Part shown: positions 35,141 to 49,531 of the stretch, piece after piece | How positions within the stretch are numbered: position 1 is the first letter of the stretch | Layout: the number at the start of each line of letters is the position of its first letter | NCBI RefSeq assembly: GCF_030144855.1 | Contig: NC_082732.1 | Span: 16,120,001 to 16,184,000, forward strand | From: Hypanus sabinus | Lineage: Eukaryota | Direction: 5' to 3' | Length of the DNA stretch: 64,000 nucleotides | Notes under the pieces: model-generated | Databases searched by the model: none | Told to the model about the DNA's origin: nothing | What the model saw: the letters and a program-made list of their open reading frames with translations, nothing else | Program-made: the position numbers and the translations under genes

Positions 35141-36850
35141 TAGAACCATAGAACATTACAGCACAGAAACAGGCCTTTGGGCCCTTCTTGGCTGTGCCGA
35201 ACCATTTTTCTGCCTAGTCCCACTGACCTGCACCTGGCCCATATCCCTCCATACACCTCTCATCCATGTACCTGTCCAAGTTTTTCTTAAATGTCAAAAG
35301 TGAGCCTACATTCACCACTTCATCTGGCAGCTCATTCCACACTCCCACCACTCTCTGTGTGAAGAAGCCCCCCCCCCCAATGTTCCCTTTAAATTTTTCC
35401 CCCTTCACCCTTAACCCATGTCCTCTGGTTTTTTCCTCCTCTAGCCTCAGTGGAAAAAGCCTGCTTGCATTCACACTATCTATACCCATCATAATTTTAT
35501 ATACCTCTATCAAGCCTCCCCTCATTCTTCTATGCTCCAGGGAATAAAGTCCTAACCTATTCAACCTTTCTCTGTAACTCAGTTTCTCAAGTCCTGGCAA
35601 AATCCTTGTAAACCTTCTCTGCACTCTTTCAACCTTACTAATATCCTTCCTGGAATTTGGTGACCAAAACTGCACACAATACTCCAAATCTGGCCTCACC
35701 AATGCCTTATGAAACCTCACCACAACATTTCAACTCTTATACTCAATACTGTGAATTATAAAGGCCAATGTACCAAAAGCTCTTTTTCCTACCTTATCTA
35801 CATGTGCTGCCACTTTTAGGGAATTTCGTATCTGTATTCCCAGATTCCTCTGTTCTACTGCACTCCTCAGTGCCCTACCATTTACCTTGTATGTTCTACC
35901 TGGGTTTTTCCTTCCAAAGTGCAATACCTCACACATGTCTGTGTTAAAATCCATCTGCCATTTTTCGACCCATTTTTCCAGCTGGTCCAGATCCCTCTGC
36001 AAGCTTTGAAAACCTTCCTCACTGTCCACTCCACCTCCAATCTTTGTATCATCAGCAAATTAGTTGATCCAATTTACCACATTGTCATCCAGATCATTGA
36101 TATAGATGACAAATAACAATGGACCCAGCACTGATCCCTGTGGCACACCACTAGTCACAGGCCTCTACTCAGAGTAGCAATCCTCCACTCCCACTCTCTG
36201 GTTTCTTCCATTGAGCCAATGTCTAATCCAATTTACTACCTCTCCATGTATACCTAGCGACTGAATCTTCCTAACTAACCTCCCATGCAGGACCTTGTCA
36301 AAACCTTTTACTGAAGCCCATGTAGACCACATCTACTGCCTTCCCGTCATTCACTTTCCTTGTAACCTCCTCAAAAAACTCTAATAGATTTGTTAAACAT
36401 GACCTACCACGCACAAAGCCGTGTTGACTCTCCCTAATATGTCCCTGTCTATCTACTTGTAGATCCTATCTCTTAGTACTCCTTCCAATAATTTACCTAC
36501 TACCGACGTCAAACTTACCAGCCTATAATTTCCCAGATTACTTTTAGAGCCTTTTTTAAACAAAGGAAACCATGAGCTATCCTCTAATCCTCCGGCCCCT
36601 CACCCGTAGATACCGACATTTTAAATATATCTGCCAGGGCCCCTGCAATTTCAACACTAGTCTCCTTCAAGGTCCGAGGGAATACCCTGTCAGGTCTTGG
36701 GGATTTATCTACTCTGATTTGCCTCAAGATAGCAAGCACCTCCTCCTCTTCAATCTGTATAAGTTCCATGACCTCACTACTTGTTTCCCTTACTTCCATT
36801 GACTCCATGCTAGTTTCCTTAGTAAATACAGATGCAAAAAACCCATTTAA
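35141..36850 (-). mobile_element. CR1 LINE, 5'-truncated (RT region)
   Basis: Minus-strand ORFs KSPRPDRVFPRTLKE, LQRDLDQLEKW, LVRPDLEYCVQFWSP, TRGH; CR1 tail. Confidence 0.92.
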
Positions 36851-37082
36851 TGTTTCATAGTCTTCAGTTCTAGGTGAGGAAGGTATCAGATTCACTGATT
36901 TCCACCTAATAAGTGTTAATATGGATGCAAATAATCAAATATAGAAAAGTACAAAAGGTTGGCTACATTATACATACATGACAGACCAAATATACTTGAG
37001 CATGTCAAGATCCCTTTACTCATTTGTTTTCAATTACTTTAGAGGGAAGCAGTGTAATTAATCTTTATCTTTCTTCTTTCAG

Positions 37083-37100
37083 ACGATGGCCAACAACTAA
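37083..37100 (+). CDS. CELA3: Elastase gene 1 exon 8 (terminal)
   Basis: Long pyrimidine tract, then cag|TMANN*, with AATAAA at 37147-37152. Joined CDS is 813 nt = 270 aa. Confidence 0.88.
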   Translation, partial: TMANN

Positions 37101-37146
37101 TGGAAGTAAAGAATGATTATCATCAATTTGTTATTCATTGATGAGC

Positions 37147-37152
37147 AATAAA
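37147..37152 (+). terminator. Poly(A) signal of elastase gene 1
   Basis: AATAAA 47 nt after the stop codon, followed by GT-rich sequence. Confidence 0.7.
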
Positions 37153-37607
37153 CAAAATCATTAAGAAAAAGTTGTCTGTGACTTTTGAGTCATTCTGAAA
37201 AGCCTGGCTAATTTTCAGTTTCCCCTAAAGTAGAAATGTTTCTTAGGAATGTTCTAATCCCAAAATAAAGCATTTGTGGACATTTTTTTCCTGTACAAGA
37301 GTATAGGGCTCAAGGCAAATTGGCCCTAATGCGTTCAAAGTTGAAGAAGAGGAGAAAGCAATAAAGAAGAACAAAGAATAAAAATAAAAATATTTCTTAT
37401 TATATAGTGTATATTTCTTAGACCTTTGCTTCAGGGAGCTATTTTGAGCTATGATTGTTATTTAGGTCTGAGCAAGAATTTGTGTGATGCAGGTTTCCTA
37501 ATGTGAGTATTATGAGTGACATTAGCTCAAGAAGTAGTTGTTAGTCATCTCCTCGTTTGGTGTTTGAAAACCAGAAAGTTGAATGCCATCGTGTTATTTG
37601 AGATTTT

Positions 37608-38010
37608 CAAGAATGTTGTGTGGATTGGAGGGCGTACCTTATGAGAATTGGTTGAGTGAGGTTGGCCTTTTCTCCTTGGAGTGACGGAGGATGAGAGGTG
37701 ACCTGATAGAGGCACATAAGATGATGAGAGGCACTGATTGGTGGAGAGTTGGAGGCTATCTCCCCAGGGCTGAAATGGCTGACACGAGGGGGCATAGTTT
37801 TAAGGTGCTTGAAAGTAGGTACCGAAGGGATGTCAGGGGTAAGTTTTTCACACAGAGTTGTGGGTGCGTGGAATGCACGGCTGGCTATGAGCAGCAGCTC
37901 ATGGAGGGCTATACGCTAGGGAAATTCTAGACAGTTTCTAGAGTCGGTCGGCACAGCACTGTGGGTTGAAGGGCCTGCAATGTGCTGTAACTTTCTATGT
38001 TCTATCTCTA
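37608..38010 (+). mobile_element. CR1 LINE 3' end
   Basis: RRMRGDLIEAHKMMRG...TRGHSFKV; (ttctat) tail. Confidence 0.8.
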
Positions 38011-38887
38011 TATAGATCTATATTCTACAGCATAGTGGGGGCAGTAGTTAGAGATCCCAAGGAAAGAAGCGTTCTTCAATTGAATCTGCAAACTCTGCTG
38101 ATGGTGTCCCAAACATTGGAAAAAGTGAACATCGAACTAGAACAAAGAACATAGAACTTGCCCTACAGCCCATGTTATTTGTGCTGGCCATGATGCCTAA
38201 TTAAACCAAGTTGTGCAAAACTAATTAAACTAGTAATACTTAACTAAATTAATCCCTTCTGCCTACACAATGGTCATACCACCCACATGTGCCTATCTAA
38301 GAGCCTTTTAAACACCTCTATCCTATTTGGCTCTGCTACCACCTGTGGCAGAACATTCCAGGGAGAGAAATCAAACTGTACAAAAACCTTGCTCCACACA
38401 TCTCCTTTGAAATTTTCCCCTCCTCTCACCTTAAGTGCATGCCCTGTAATATCAGAGATTTCAGCTCTGGGAAAAAGTATCTATACTTTGTATCTATGCT
38501 TTTCATAATCTTAAATGTGCAGTGCCCTCTCTTGCTGAACCAACATGAGTGGTCTATTGACATGTCTTACTGAGACAAAGTAATTCATGCTGGCACCCAC
38601 AGCTCCAGTAATTAACCTATGTTTGGTGTAATCCGCGGGGGAGAATTGATGAGAATGTGGAGGGAGGGGAATAAATTGGGATTATTTCAGGATTAGTATA
38701 ATTGGATACACAGTCAGCATGAAAGTTATGGGCTGAAGGGTCTTATGGCTCGATGGCTTTATGATCCAGGCTTCAGATGCTGACTGCATAGAGATTGCAT
38801 GTTCTCTCTGTGACTGCATGGGTTTCTCCTGTTTCTTCCCCACTGCCCAACGACTCAGGCTGTACATTGTAGGAAGGTGGTAGGAGA

Positions 38888-40528
38888 AATAGACAACAGA
38901 CAATAGACAGTAGGTGCAGGAGTAGGCCATTCGGCCCTTCTTGCCAGCACCACCATTCACTGTGATCGTGGCTGATCATACACAATCAGTACCCCGTTCC
39001 TGCCCTCTCCCCATATCCCTTGACCCCACTATCTATTAGAGCTCTATCTAACTCTCTCTTGAACGCAGCCAGAGACTTGGCCTCCACTGCCTTCTGGGGC
39101 AGAACATTCCACATATCCACAACTCTCTGGGTGAAAAAGTTTTTCCGCATCTCTGTTCTGAATGGCTTACCCCTTATTCTTAAACTGTGGCCTCTAGTTC
39201 TGGACTCACTCGTCAGCGGGAACATGCTTCCTGCCTCCATTGTGTCCAATCCCTTAATAATCTTATATGTTTCAATCAGATCCCCTCTCATCCTTCTAAA
39301 TTCCAGTGTATACAAGCCCAGTCGCTCCAATCTTTCAACATATGACAGTCCCGCCATTCCGGGAATTAACCTTGTGAACCTACGCTGCACTCCCTTAATA
39401 GCAAGAATGTCTTTCCTCAAATTTGGAGACCAAAACTGCACACAATACCCCATGTGGGGTCTCACCAGGGCCCTGTACAGCTGCAGAAGGACCTCTTTAC
39501 TCCTATACTCAATTCCTCTTGTTATAAATCCCAGCATGCCATTAGCTTTCTTCACTGCCTGCTGTACCTGCATGCTTGCATTCATTGACTGATGTACAAG
39601 AACATATTAGATCTCGTTGTACTTCCCTTTTTCCTAACTTGACTCCATTTAGATAGTAATCTGCCTTCCTGTTCTTGCCACCAAAGTGGATAACCTCACA
39701 TTTATCCACATTAAACTGCATCTGCCATACATTTGCCCACTCACCCAACCTGTCCAAGTCACCCTGCATTCTCATAACATCCTCCTGACATTTCACACTG
39801 CCACCCAGCTTTGTGTCATCAGCAAATTTGCTAATGTTACTTTTAATCCCTTCATCTAGATCATTAATGTATATTGTAAAGAGCTGTGGTCCCAGGACCG
39901 AACCTTGCGGTACCCCACTGGTCACAGCCTGCCATTCCGAAAGGGACCCGTTAATCACTACTCTTTTTTTCCTGTCAGCCAGCCAGTTTTCAACCCATGT
40001 CAGTACTCTGCCCCCAATACCATGTGCCCTAATTTTGCCCACTAATCTCCTATGTGGGACTTTATCAAAAGCTTTCTGGAAGTCCAGGTACACTATATCC
40101 ACTGGCTCTCCCTTGTCCATTTTCATTGTTACTTCCTCAAAAAACTCCAGAAGATTAGTCAAGCATGATATGCCCTTCATAAATCCATGCTCTCTCGGAC
40201 TGATCCTTCTACTGCTATCCAAATGTGTTGGAATTTCCTCTTTTATAATTGACTCCAGCATCTTTCCCACCACTGACGTCAGGCTAACAGGTCTATAATT
40301 CCCTGTTTTCTCTCTCCCTCCTTTCTTGAAAAGTGGGACAACATTAGCCACCCTCCAATCAGCAGGAACAGTTCCTGAATCTATAGAACATTGGAAATGA
40401 TTACCAATGTGTCCACAATTTCTAGAGCCACCTCCTTAAGTACCCTGGGATGCAGACCATCCGGTCCCAGGGATTTATCAGCCTTCAGACTCAACAGTCT
40501 ATCCAACACCATTTCTTGCCTAATATAA
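38888..40528 (-). mobile_element. Young CR1 LINE, 5'-truncated (RT domain)
   Basis: [45 protein letters not shown]; nearly intact with one small frameshifting lesion near 39600. Confidence 0.95.
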
Positions 40529-40764
40529 TGGGGTGAGTTGTTAGGCATGTGAGCGAGAGTAAGTAATAGAGCGATAAATGGGGAGGTAGCACTACTGGAA
40601 CATTCAGAGAGACAACATAGTGGACCAATTGGTCCCTTTTAGGATCATAGAAAAATTAACAACATTTTTTTTAAGAGATTTTTCTTGCACAATTATCTAC
40701 TACTCCCGCCCACTCACTCATAGCTAATTCTTTCTCAGAGGCAGCAACTTTAGAGTCAATTCAA

Positions 40765-41030
40765 TAGAAAATAGAAATCTACAGCGCCTTACAGGCCCTT
40801 CGGCCCACAATGTTGTGCTGACCATGTAGCCTACTCTAGAAACTGCCTAGGATTTCCTTAGCGCATAGCCCTCTATTTTCTAAGCTCCATGTACCTATCT
40901 AGGAGGTTCTTAAAAGACCCCATTGTATCCACCTTGACCACCGCCGCCACAGCGCATTCCACTCTCTGTGTGAAAAACTTACCTCTGACATCTATTTCCA
41001 AGTAACTTAAAACTATATCCCCTCATGTTA
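40765..41030 (-). mobile_element. CR1 LINE 3' end
   Basis: Homologous to 27957-28295. Confidence 0.7.
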
Positions 41031-41565
41031 ACCTGCTACAAAAGAAGCTGTATATTACAAATCATTTCAAAATAATGTTTAAGGATCTAACCCACTCAAG
41101 CGCGGCCTGCTGAGTTCTTCCAGCATTTTGTTTGTGTTACTTGGATTTCCAACATTTGCAGATGTTCTCTTGTTTGTGAAATAGGTCTCAAACTATGCAT
41201 GGATGTGAGGTGTGAAAACTTTCTCTTTCCTTACCACCATTATTACTCATGTTGATAAGTAACTCATTGAAAAATACCTGACAGTGGATATCATCTACTT
41301 AATTTGCATTTTGCATTTTAAAATAGGTTTGTATGAAAAGGAGATGGTGTTAACTGAGGGAATCATTTTCTGCTTCTGTCAAGTTTCAAACATTCCAACC
41401 CCTATGTTTCAACCTATGACAAGGCTTCACTCCCAGAACACTGGAATGACAACACCTAACAAAAAGTCAACATTGTTCTAGTTTGTGTTCTGGTAGTCAC
41501 AGGGTGTAAGAAAAATAGAGTTGCTGATTGATTATGGAGCCAGCAGAATGCCATGTGTAATGAAG

Positions 41566-41579
41566 GCGCCCTCTGGTGG
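41566..41579 (-). promoter_or_regulatory. CTCF consensus motif between the two elastase genes
   Basis: Reverse complement is CCACCAGAGGGCGC, matching the CCASYAGRKGGCRS core; lies in non-repetitive sequence. Confidence 0.6.
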
Positions 41580-42914
41580 GCAGCTTTTGGGGCCTTTTCT
41601 CTGCTACAGGTGCTAAACTGGTTCATTTAGATACTTTTTTTTCTGATGTTCCTGTGTGTTCCCTGGGAGCACCCAAATCTGGGAAGTGGATTACCTAACA
41701 GCAAGTCCTCACCAGCAGGGCACAAAAAGTGGAAGGGTTTCACAGGCTGTGGAGTTCTGATCCTCTTATTCTAAGTTAGCCTTGACATGTCTCCAACACC
41801 TATTGACCTAATCCCCATATGTTCAATATTCCTAAGTTCCTGTTGGTCCCAGCCTCACAAGTACCCAACTCTTACTGGTCCCTTGATCCTGAAGTACGGA
41901 TTCCTACAGGCCATTCCGAGAGCCCTGATCCCTACTTCTGCTGGTTCTTCGCATCCAGTGCTTCGACTGCTCCTTTACTCTTGGGTTGGTAACCACTGCT
42001 AGTCCCACACTTTTGAAGCCCTGATTCTTGCTGGTCTTTTACTCTTGGAACCCTGTCTCCATCTGGTGCTTCTCCTAAAATCTGGACTCAGGCCCTTTAG
42101 TTCATTTTGTCCACACAGACAAATTATTACCCATTTACACCACTCCCATTTTATTCCCCCTGTGATGTCGTGACATCCATCCACCTGCAACATTCCACCA
42201 CTTGCCCAGACACTGGAGACAACTTACATTGGCTGATTAATCTCTGAACACCCACTAATTTGAGATATGGGAGGAAACCTGAGGTACCTAGGGGAAACCT
42301 ACAGGAACATGGGAAAATATGCATCCTCCCCCCCCCCCCCCCCAGAGAGCACTGGGAGGACAGGATTGTATCCAGATTGCCAGGAGAACAGAGCAAGGTG
42401 TAGAGCATTTCTTCCACTGGAGGAGAGGAAAGGGACATTGAATGCAGGTGAGTACATGGGAAAGCTTCATCATACAGCTCCGCCATTTTGATCACTAGAG
42501 AAGATGTGTGCATCTCTCACTCATCTTCTCTCAAATCCCAACAACAGTTTGAAGGTTTTACCCAGGAAACTCCGCCAAGAGTGGTCCCTCCCATGGGTGC
42601 AGAACAACACGAGTTCTGTCCTGGGTTTTCTGTAAGCCCCAAAGTATGGTAGAGTTCATTGCAACAAAAATTCTATATGCCCATCCATGAAAATCTGTAA
42701 ACTTTTAAAATGATAGAGCCTCGACTACTATCCTATCTGCCCCAACACACATCCGGTCAAAAACCTGCTGCTCTCCTTCTTACTGAAGGTGGTAGCTCGG
42801 ACCATGAAGTTCTGCTTTCTGCCTTCCACTGCTTTAAGCTCCCCAAACCCTGCCCATTGGGTGAAGATGTTGTACTCCACTGGCTGTCAGAGAAAAGGAC
42901 AAGGGATGAAGAGG

Positions 42915-44245
42915 AACCGATATGCAACAATGTAGTTAGACATATAGTTCTTGGGAAACTGTAATGTCTGAAGGTACATAAGTCACCTGGACCAGAGTTC
43001 TGAAAGAGGTGGCTGAATATATCGTGGAGGCATTAGTAATTATCTTTCAAGAATCAGTAGGTACTGGAATGTTTCCAGAAGGCTGGAAAATTGCAAATGT
43101 CACTCCACACTTCAAGAAGAGAGAGAGGCAGAAGAAGGGAAACTTTAGGCCAATTAGTCTGAACTCAGTGGTTGGGAAGATGTTGGAGTCGATTGTTAAG
43201 AATAAGGTTTCAGGATACTTGGAGGCACTTGATAAAACAGGCCATAATCAATATGGTTTCCTCAAAGGAAAATCTTGCCTGACAAATCTGTTGTTCTTCT
43301 TCGAAGAACTAACAAATAGGCTAGACAAAGGAGAATCGGTTAATGTTGTGTACAGTACTTGGATTTTCAGAAGGACTTTGTCAAGATGCCACACATGAGG
43401 TTGCTTAACAAGCCACATACCCATGGTATTAAAGGAAAGGTACTAGCATGGATCAAACCGTGGCTGGATGACAGGAAGCAAAGAGTGGGAATAGAGAGCT
43501 GCCATTGACTGGAGCTGTTTCACAGGAGTCTGTGTTGGGACCGATTCTTTTTATGCTGTGTGTCAATGATTTTGGTGATGGAATTGATGGCTTTGTTGCA
43601 AAGTTTGCAGATGGAGAGGCAGGTCATTTTGAGGAAGTAGAAAGGCTACAGCAAGACTTGGACAGATTATGAGAATGGGCAATGAAAGGGAAAATGGAAA
43701 ATAGTGTCGGGAATTGTTTAATCATGCACTTTGGTAGAAGAAATTAAAGGTTTGACTATTCTCTAAATGGAGAGAAAATACTAAAAAAAACTGAGATGCA
43801 AAGGGACTTGGGAGTCCTTGTGCAAAGTTAATTTGCAGGCTGAGTCTGTGGTGAGGAAGGCAAGTGCAATGTTAGCATTCATTTCAAGAGGACTAGAATA
43901 TAGACGCAAGGATGCAATGTCAAAACTTTATAAAGAACTGGTGAGGCCTCACTTGGAGTGTTGTGAGTAGGTTTAGGCCCCTTATCTCAGAAAGGGAGTG
44001 CTGAAACTGGAGAGGGTTCAAAGGAGGCCCACGGAAATGATTCAAGATTGAAAGACTTGTTATATGAAGAGTGTTTGATAGCTCTGGGTCTGTATTCATT
44101 GGAATTCAAAAGAATAAGCGGTGACCTCGTTGAAAGTTATTGAATGGAGATAGAATGCATGTGGAGAGGATGTTTTCTGTGGTGGGAGAGTCTAAGACCA
44201 GAGGACATGGCCTCGGAGTAGAGAGGCATCCGTTTAGAACGGATG
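42915..44245 (+). mobile_element. CR1 LINE, decayed RT region
   Basis: WKIANVTPHFKK..NFRPISLNSVVGKMLESI, KSCLTNLL, TRGH. Confidence 0.88.
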
Positions 44246-45174
44246 CCTATGCATTTGGTGCTTTAAGTACGGTTGAATCCTTTACCTGTGGTAATGTCAC
44301 ACAGATCTGCAATATGCTGCCTTCCAGCAGAGTGGAAGGACTGAAGCATGTGAGAGGGATACAGTGGCTGAAGTAGAGATTCCATTCAAAAAAATCACCA
44401 GCTCTCATTTTATTTGGTTTTAAGTGCTACCTCAAGCCCCACCGATCAGTTCTCATGAACTCTGGATAGGCTCCTCTGCTCTCAGACACTCAGATATTAC
44501 TGGCCAACAGCTAGAGCAAGGGTCTGGGCAGCTCAGCACAAGCTCTACTCAGACCACAGCATTTGCACTTCCCAGGAGTGCGAGAATGCTCAATGGTGTT
44601 GGAAAGTTAACACTGTGACTTTTCCACAGTACACTGCTATCACTTTCTCTTTGTACAATCTTGCTCTGTTCATTTACTGGTTGATTATTGGCAAATAAGG
44701 GTGGAGGGGAGATTTCCTCGGAAACTGACTCATTATGAGAGGGCTTTGTGTAAGTGAAATGAGAGGAGGAATGAATGGCTGTTGGCTGTGGTTATTAATC
44801 AGTAGTGATGAGTAATTGATTCCTAGTTTTAAAACTGCCTCGGGCTGTCTTAGATGGAGTTACAGTCTACTTCCTCTTGCTTACATCTATCTGCTGTGGC
44901 TGTAAACGCAGTGCATTTTTCTTCCTATACTGTAGATCCAGTCCCATCTTTTATACTGTGCCATGCAGCCTCCATTTCCCAGGTAGGCTGAGGTGGTCAC
45001 ATGGCTGTGTTGGTAAAAAGTGAAATGAAATGATTAAACATCTTCCAATCCTTGTCACCTCTTAGAAAGAAGTGACATATATAACCTCCATCAGTGTCCT
45101 TTTATTTGTGCAATTTCTTAACGCTATCTGCAAGGATTATACGTCTTTTGATCCAATGTCACCTCTTAGAAAGA

Positions 45175-48100
45175 TGGGAGTTACATACAGGCCTCCTAAC
45201 AGTTGCCCGGGTGTGGGCTACAAATTAACTGGGAGATAGAAAAGGCATGTGAAAGTGAAATGTTGTGATAGTCATGGGGAATTTTGCTATGTGGATAGAC
45301 TGGGAAAAACAGGTTGGTGCTGGATCCCAAGAGATGAAGCTTGTAGAGAAAAGGTTCAAAAAGTTTCAAAGGTTCACTTATTCTCAAAGTGTGCATGCAG
45401 TGCACAACTCCGAGATTCTTTGTCTCCAGGTAGCCACAAAACAAAGAAAACCATGGAAGTCAGTTCAAAGGAAAACAGCAAAGTCACACTCCCACGCAAA
45501 AGGAAAGGCTACATGATCACCGAACCCCGAAACCAACCCTCCCCTACAAAAAGTACCAAGAACATCGGTCTCCAAAACCCACCCCCTACACGAGACACAA
45601 CAAGAACATCAGCCCCGAAATCCCCCTCCCCTGTACAAAGAACCTAACAAAATCTGAACAAGTGCTTTGAATCCCAGAGCTCCTTCCCCTGCTCAAAAAT
45701 ACAATGAGAAAGAATGGGTGACAACACAGAAAATAAAAACAATAAGACTGAAAAAGTCCACAGTCCAAATCCAGAAACGTTGAACCTTGGTAACATCCTC
45801 TGACATAATTGAAAGAGAGAGACACCGCTCGAACGCAGAGCTGTACGCTTTGAGCACAGCACCTGTTCCCACTGGCTCCTTCTCTGGCATCAGAGCGATT
45901 CATTCAGTGATCAGAAAGTATGTAGTCAGCATTGAGCCCATGCTTGCCTTCTGCATTCACCTCAGTGTATCAATCTACCTCGTTGCTTAAATCAGTGAAT
46001 AATGGAAGCTTTAATCAGCAAAATGGAGGCAAACACCAGCTCACAACTCACCTTGTCGTTTCTTCGCCTCGAGGCTTGTGCTTGCTTCCCAGAACATTCC
46101 TGGAGACAGCAAAGCACTGGATCTATCAATGTCAAAACTGTAAATTGCAGGCTTGAACTATTCCAGAGATACATTCAAGATGAAAAACAGATGGAAAAGA
46201 ATTGAAATAAAGTTTTGTGGCCTATCCAGAAGATGTCGATGGAGGAAGCGATGTATGCAGGCACTATCATGAAAGCTTACGAGATGAATTTTTTTCGAGT
46301 AGCTTGTGGTTGAACCCAAAAGCGGAATGGCAATTCTGGATTGGGTGTTATTTAATGACTGAGATTTGATTAGTGAATTTAAGGTAAAGGAATCCTTAGG
46401 AGGCTCTGATCATAATATGATAAAAATTCATCCTGCAGTTTCAGAAGGAGAAGCTAAAATTGGGTGTATCGGTATTAGAGTGAAGTAAAGAAAATTACAG
46501 AGGCATGAGAGAAAGAAGCTGGCCAAAGTTGGCAGGAATGGGACACTAGCAGGCAAGACAGCAGAGCAGCAACGGCTGGAGTTCCTGGCAGCCATCCAGA
46601 AGGTGCAGGAAAGATACATTCCAAAGATGAGAATTATTCTGAAGGGGAGATGAGGCAACCATAGGTGACAGGGAAGCCAATGAAAGCAGAAGAGCAAAAG
46701 AAAGGGCATATTACGGCAAAAAAAAATAGTGGGAAGGTAGAGGATTGGGAAGCTTTTAAACACCAACAGCAAAGCTGGAGATGTAGTAATGGGGGACAAA
46801 GAAATGGAGTGCAAAATTAACAGGTAATTTGTATCAGTCTCTGTGGAAGACACTAGCAGAATGCTGGAAGTACAACAGTGTCAGGAGGGAGAAGTAACTA
46901 TCATTGTGATTACTAGGGAGAAACTGCTTGTGAAGTTAAAGAGTCTGAAGGTAGATAAGCTATCTGGACAAAATGGACTACATCCCAGTATTCTGAAAGA
47001 GGTAGCTGAAGAAATTGCTGAGGCATTATTAATAATCTTTCAAGAACCACTAGAATCTAGAATGGTTCCAAAGGATTGGAAAATATGAAAATATCACTCC
47101 ACTCTTCAAGAAGGAAACTATAGGCTAGTTAGCCCAACTTCAGTTGTTGGAAGGATGTCGCAGTCTATTATCAATTATGAGGTTTGGGGGTACCTAGAGG
47201 CAGATGACAAAATAGGTCAACATCAACATGGTTTCCTTAAGGAAAAATCTTGTCTGAGAACTTTGTTGGAATTCTTTGAGGAAATAACAGGGAAAGATAG
47301 ACAAAGAAGAGTTAGTGGATATAGTTTATTTGGATTTTCAAAAGGCCTTTAACAAGGTTATTGCACCTGAGGCTGCTTAACAAGATGAGAGCCCATGATA
47401 TTATAAAATAGAAGACTGGCTAACTTACTTCTAAGAAGCAAAGAGTGACAAGAAAGGGGTTCTTTCTGGTTGGCTATTGGTGACTAATGGTACTTTTGCA
47501 GTGGTTGTATTGGGACCACTTCTTTTCACATTATTTGTCAATGATTTGGATAAAAGAATTGATGGCTTTGTGGCCAGGTTTGTGAATGATAAGAAGATAG
47601 GTGGAGGGTTAGGTTGTGCTGAGGAAGCAGGGGGTCTACAGAAGGACCTGGTCATATTGGGAGAATGGGCAAAGAAGTGGTAGATAGAATATAGTGTATG
47701 ATCGTGCACTTTGTGAGAAGGAATAAAGGCTTGGATTATCTTCAAAATGAGGAGAAAATATAAAAATCCAAGGTGCAAACAGGCTTGGAGGTCCTTGTGT
47801 AGGATTCGCTGAAGTTTAACCTGCAGGTTGTGTCAGTGGAAAGGAAGGCAAATACAATGTTAGCATTCGTTTCGAGAGGACTAGAATATAAAAGCAAGGA
47901 TGTAATGTGAGGCTTTATAAGGCATTGGTCAGACCACACTTGGAGTATTGTCCCCTTATCTGAGAAAAGACGTGTTAACATTGGAGAGGGTCCAGAGCAG
48001 GTTCACAAGAATAATCCTAGAAATAAAAGGGTTAGCATACAAGGAGCATTTGATGGCTCTGGGCCTGTATTAACTGGAGTTTAAAAGAATGAGGAGGATT

Positions 48101-48480
48101 TTCATTAAAACCTATCGAATATAGAAAGGCCTAGATAGAGTGGATGTGGAGAGGATGTTTCCTATAGTGGGGGATTCTAGGACCAGAGGACACTGCCTCA
48201 TAATAGAGGGCAGTATATATTTAGAACAGAGTTGAGGGAAAGTTTCTTCAGCCAGAGAGCGATGAATCTGAAATTCATTGCCACAGATGGCTGTGTAAGC
48301 CAAGACATTGGATATATTTAAGGTGGAGGTTGATAGGGTTCTTGATTAATGAGTGAGTCAAAGGTTACAGGGATAAGGCAGGAAAATGGAGCTGAGAGAT
48401 ATAATAAATCAGCCGTGATGGAATGATGGACCAGACTTGATGGGCTGAATGGCTTCTTCTCCTATGTTTTATGATTTTAA
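45175..48480 (+). mobile_element. CR1 LINE (endonuclease to 3' end) interrupted by an unrelated ~0.9 kb insert at ~45350-46280
   Basis: IVMGNF..IDW (45265) resumes at ~46290; later KSCLRTLLEFFEE, VLGPLLFTLFVNDLD and a CR1 tail. Confidence 0.82.
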
Positions 48481-48714
48481 TACTGGAATTCTTTCACACT
48501 CACTCACAACACGAGGCAGCTCCCTATGGACTTGGGAAGTAGCTGGATGGAATTCAATCAGAGGGTGCCCATCAGCTGAACATGGAGTGGAATAATGCAG
48601 ATTGATCTGAGAGTGCAGAGAGCCTGCATCGTGCAGTCAACGATGGGAAAGTGCTCAGATCTAACTGCAGCAATTGCTCATCCTGACATTTATTTAGTTG
48701 GTGTTTTAGCTACT

Positions 48715-49000
48715 TAGAGATACAGTACAGAACAGGTGTTTCCAGCCCAAAGAGCCACACCATTCAGCAATCCACCTGTTTAACACTATTCTAGTCGCAG
48801 GACAATTTACAGTGACCAATTAAACTGCTAACTGTTATCTCTTTGGACTGTGGGAGGAAACTGGAGCACCAGGAGGAAATCCACAAGGTTACACGGAGAA
48901 CGTTCAAACTCCTTACACACATCACCAGTATTGAAATCTGAACTCCGACCCTCTGAGCTTAAGTAGTGTTGGGCCACGACAAGAGTCACCATTACATACA
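48715..49000 (-). mobile_element. V-SINE (HE1-like)
   Basis: Reverse complement resembles 54332-54629. Confidence 0.6.
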
Positions 49001-49531
49001 CTGCCCCACCCCCCACCCTAAGTACAGTACTTGGGTGCAGGTGGAGAGGGACATTCCAAAAAAAACACCTGTAGTGGATCCATGGAAAGATTTAGAGATA
49101 TATAAATGGCGATCATTTCAAAGCCTTTGGTGGTGGACAGTCAGGGATCCTAATAGGCAGGCTGGTTCCCAGAGGGCATTGCCACTGCTGTCCTCCTCTC
49201 TGTTGACCACCTGTTGACTGCCTGTGAGTGATGAAAGCAAAGTAGTAGACATTGTCAATATGAACTTTAGAAAGGCATTGGGCAAGATCCTACATGGCAG
49301 GCACTTGGGATACATTGCAAGGGGGCTAACTGGATCCAACATTGGCTCAGTGATAGGAAGCAGCCCCAATGAACTCAGTGACTCATTTCCGTATTGTATG
49401 ACTTAGCCTACCTGGATTTTTCTTCAAGCTTTGATTTCAATGACAACACCTAGAAAACACAAGCATATTCATTACACACAAAATGCTGGTGGAACACAGC
49501 AGGCCAGGCAGCATCTATAAGGAGAAGCACT

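Noticed and set aside
39020-40298. Plus-strand ORFs of 190 and 161 aa
   Set aside because: Antisense shadows of CR1 ORF2.
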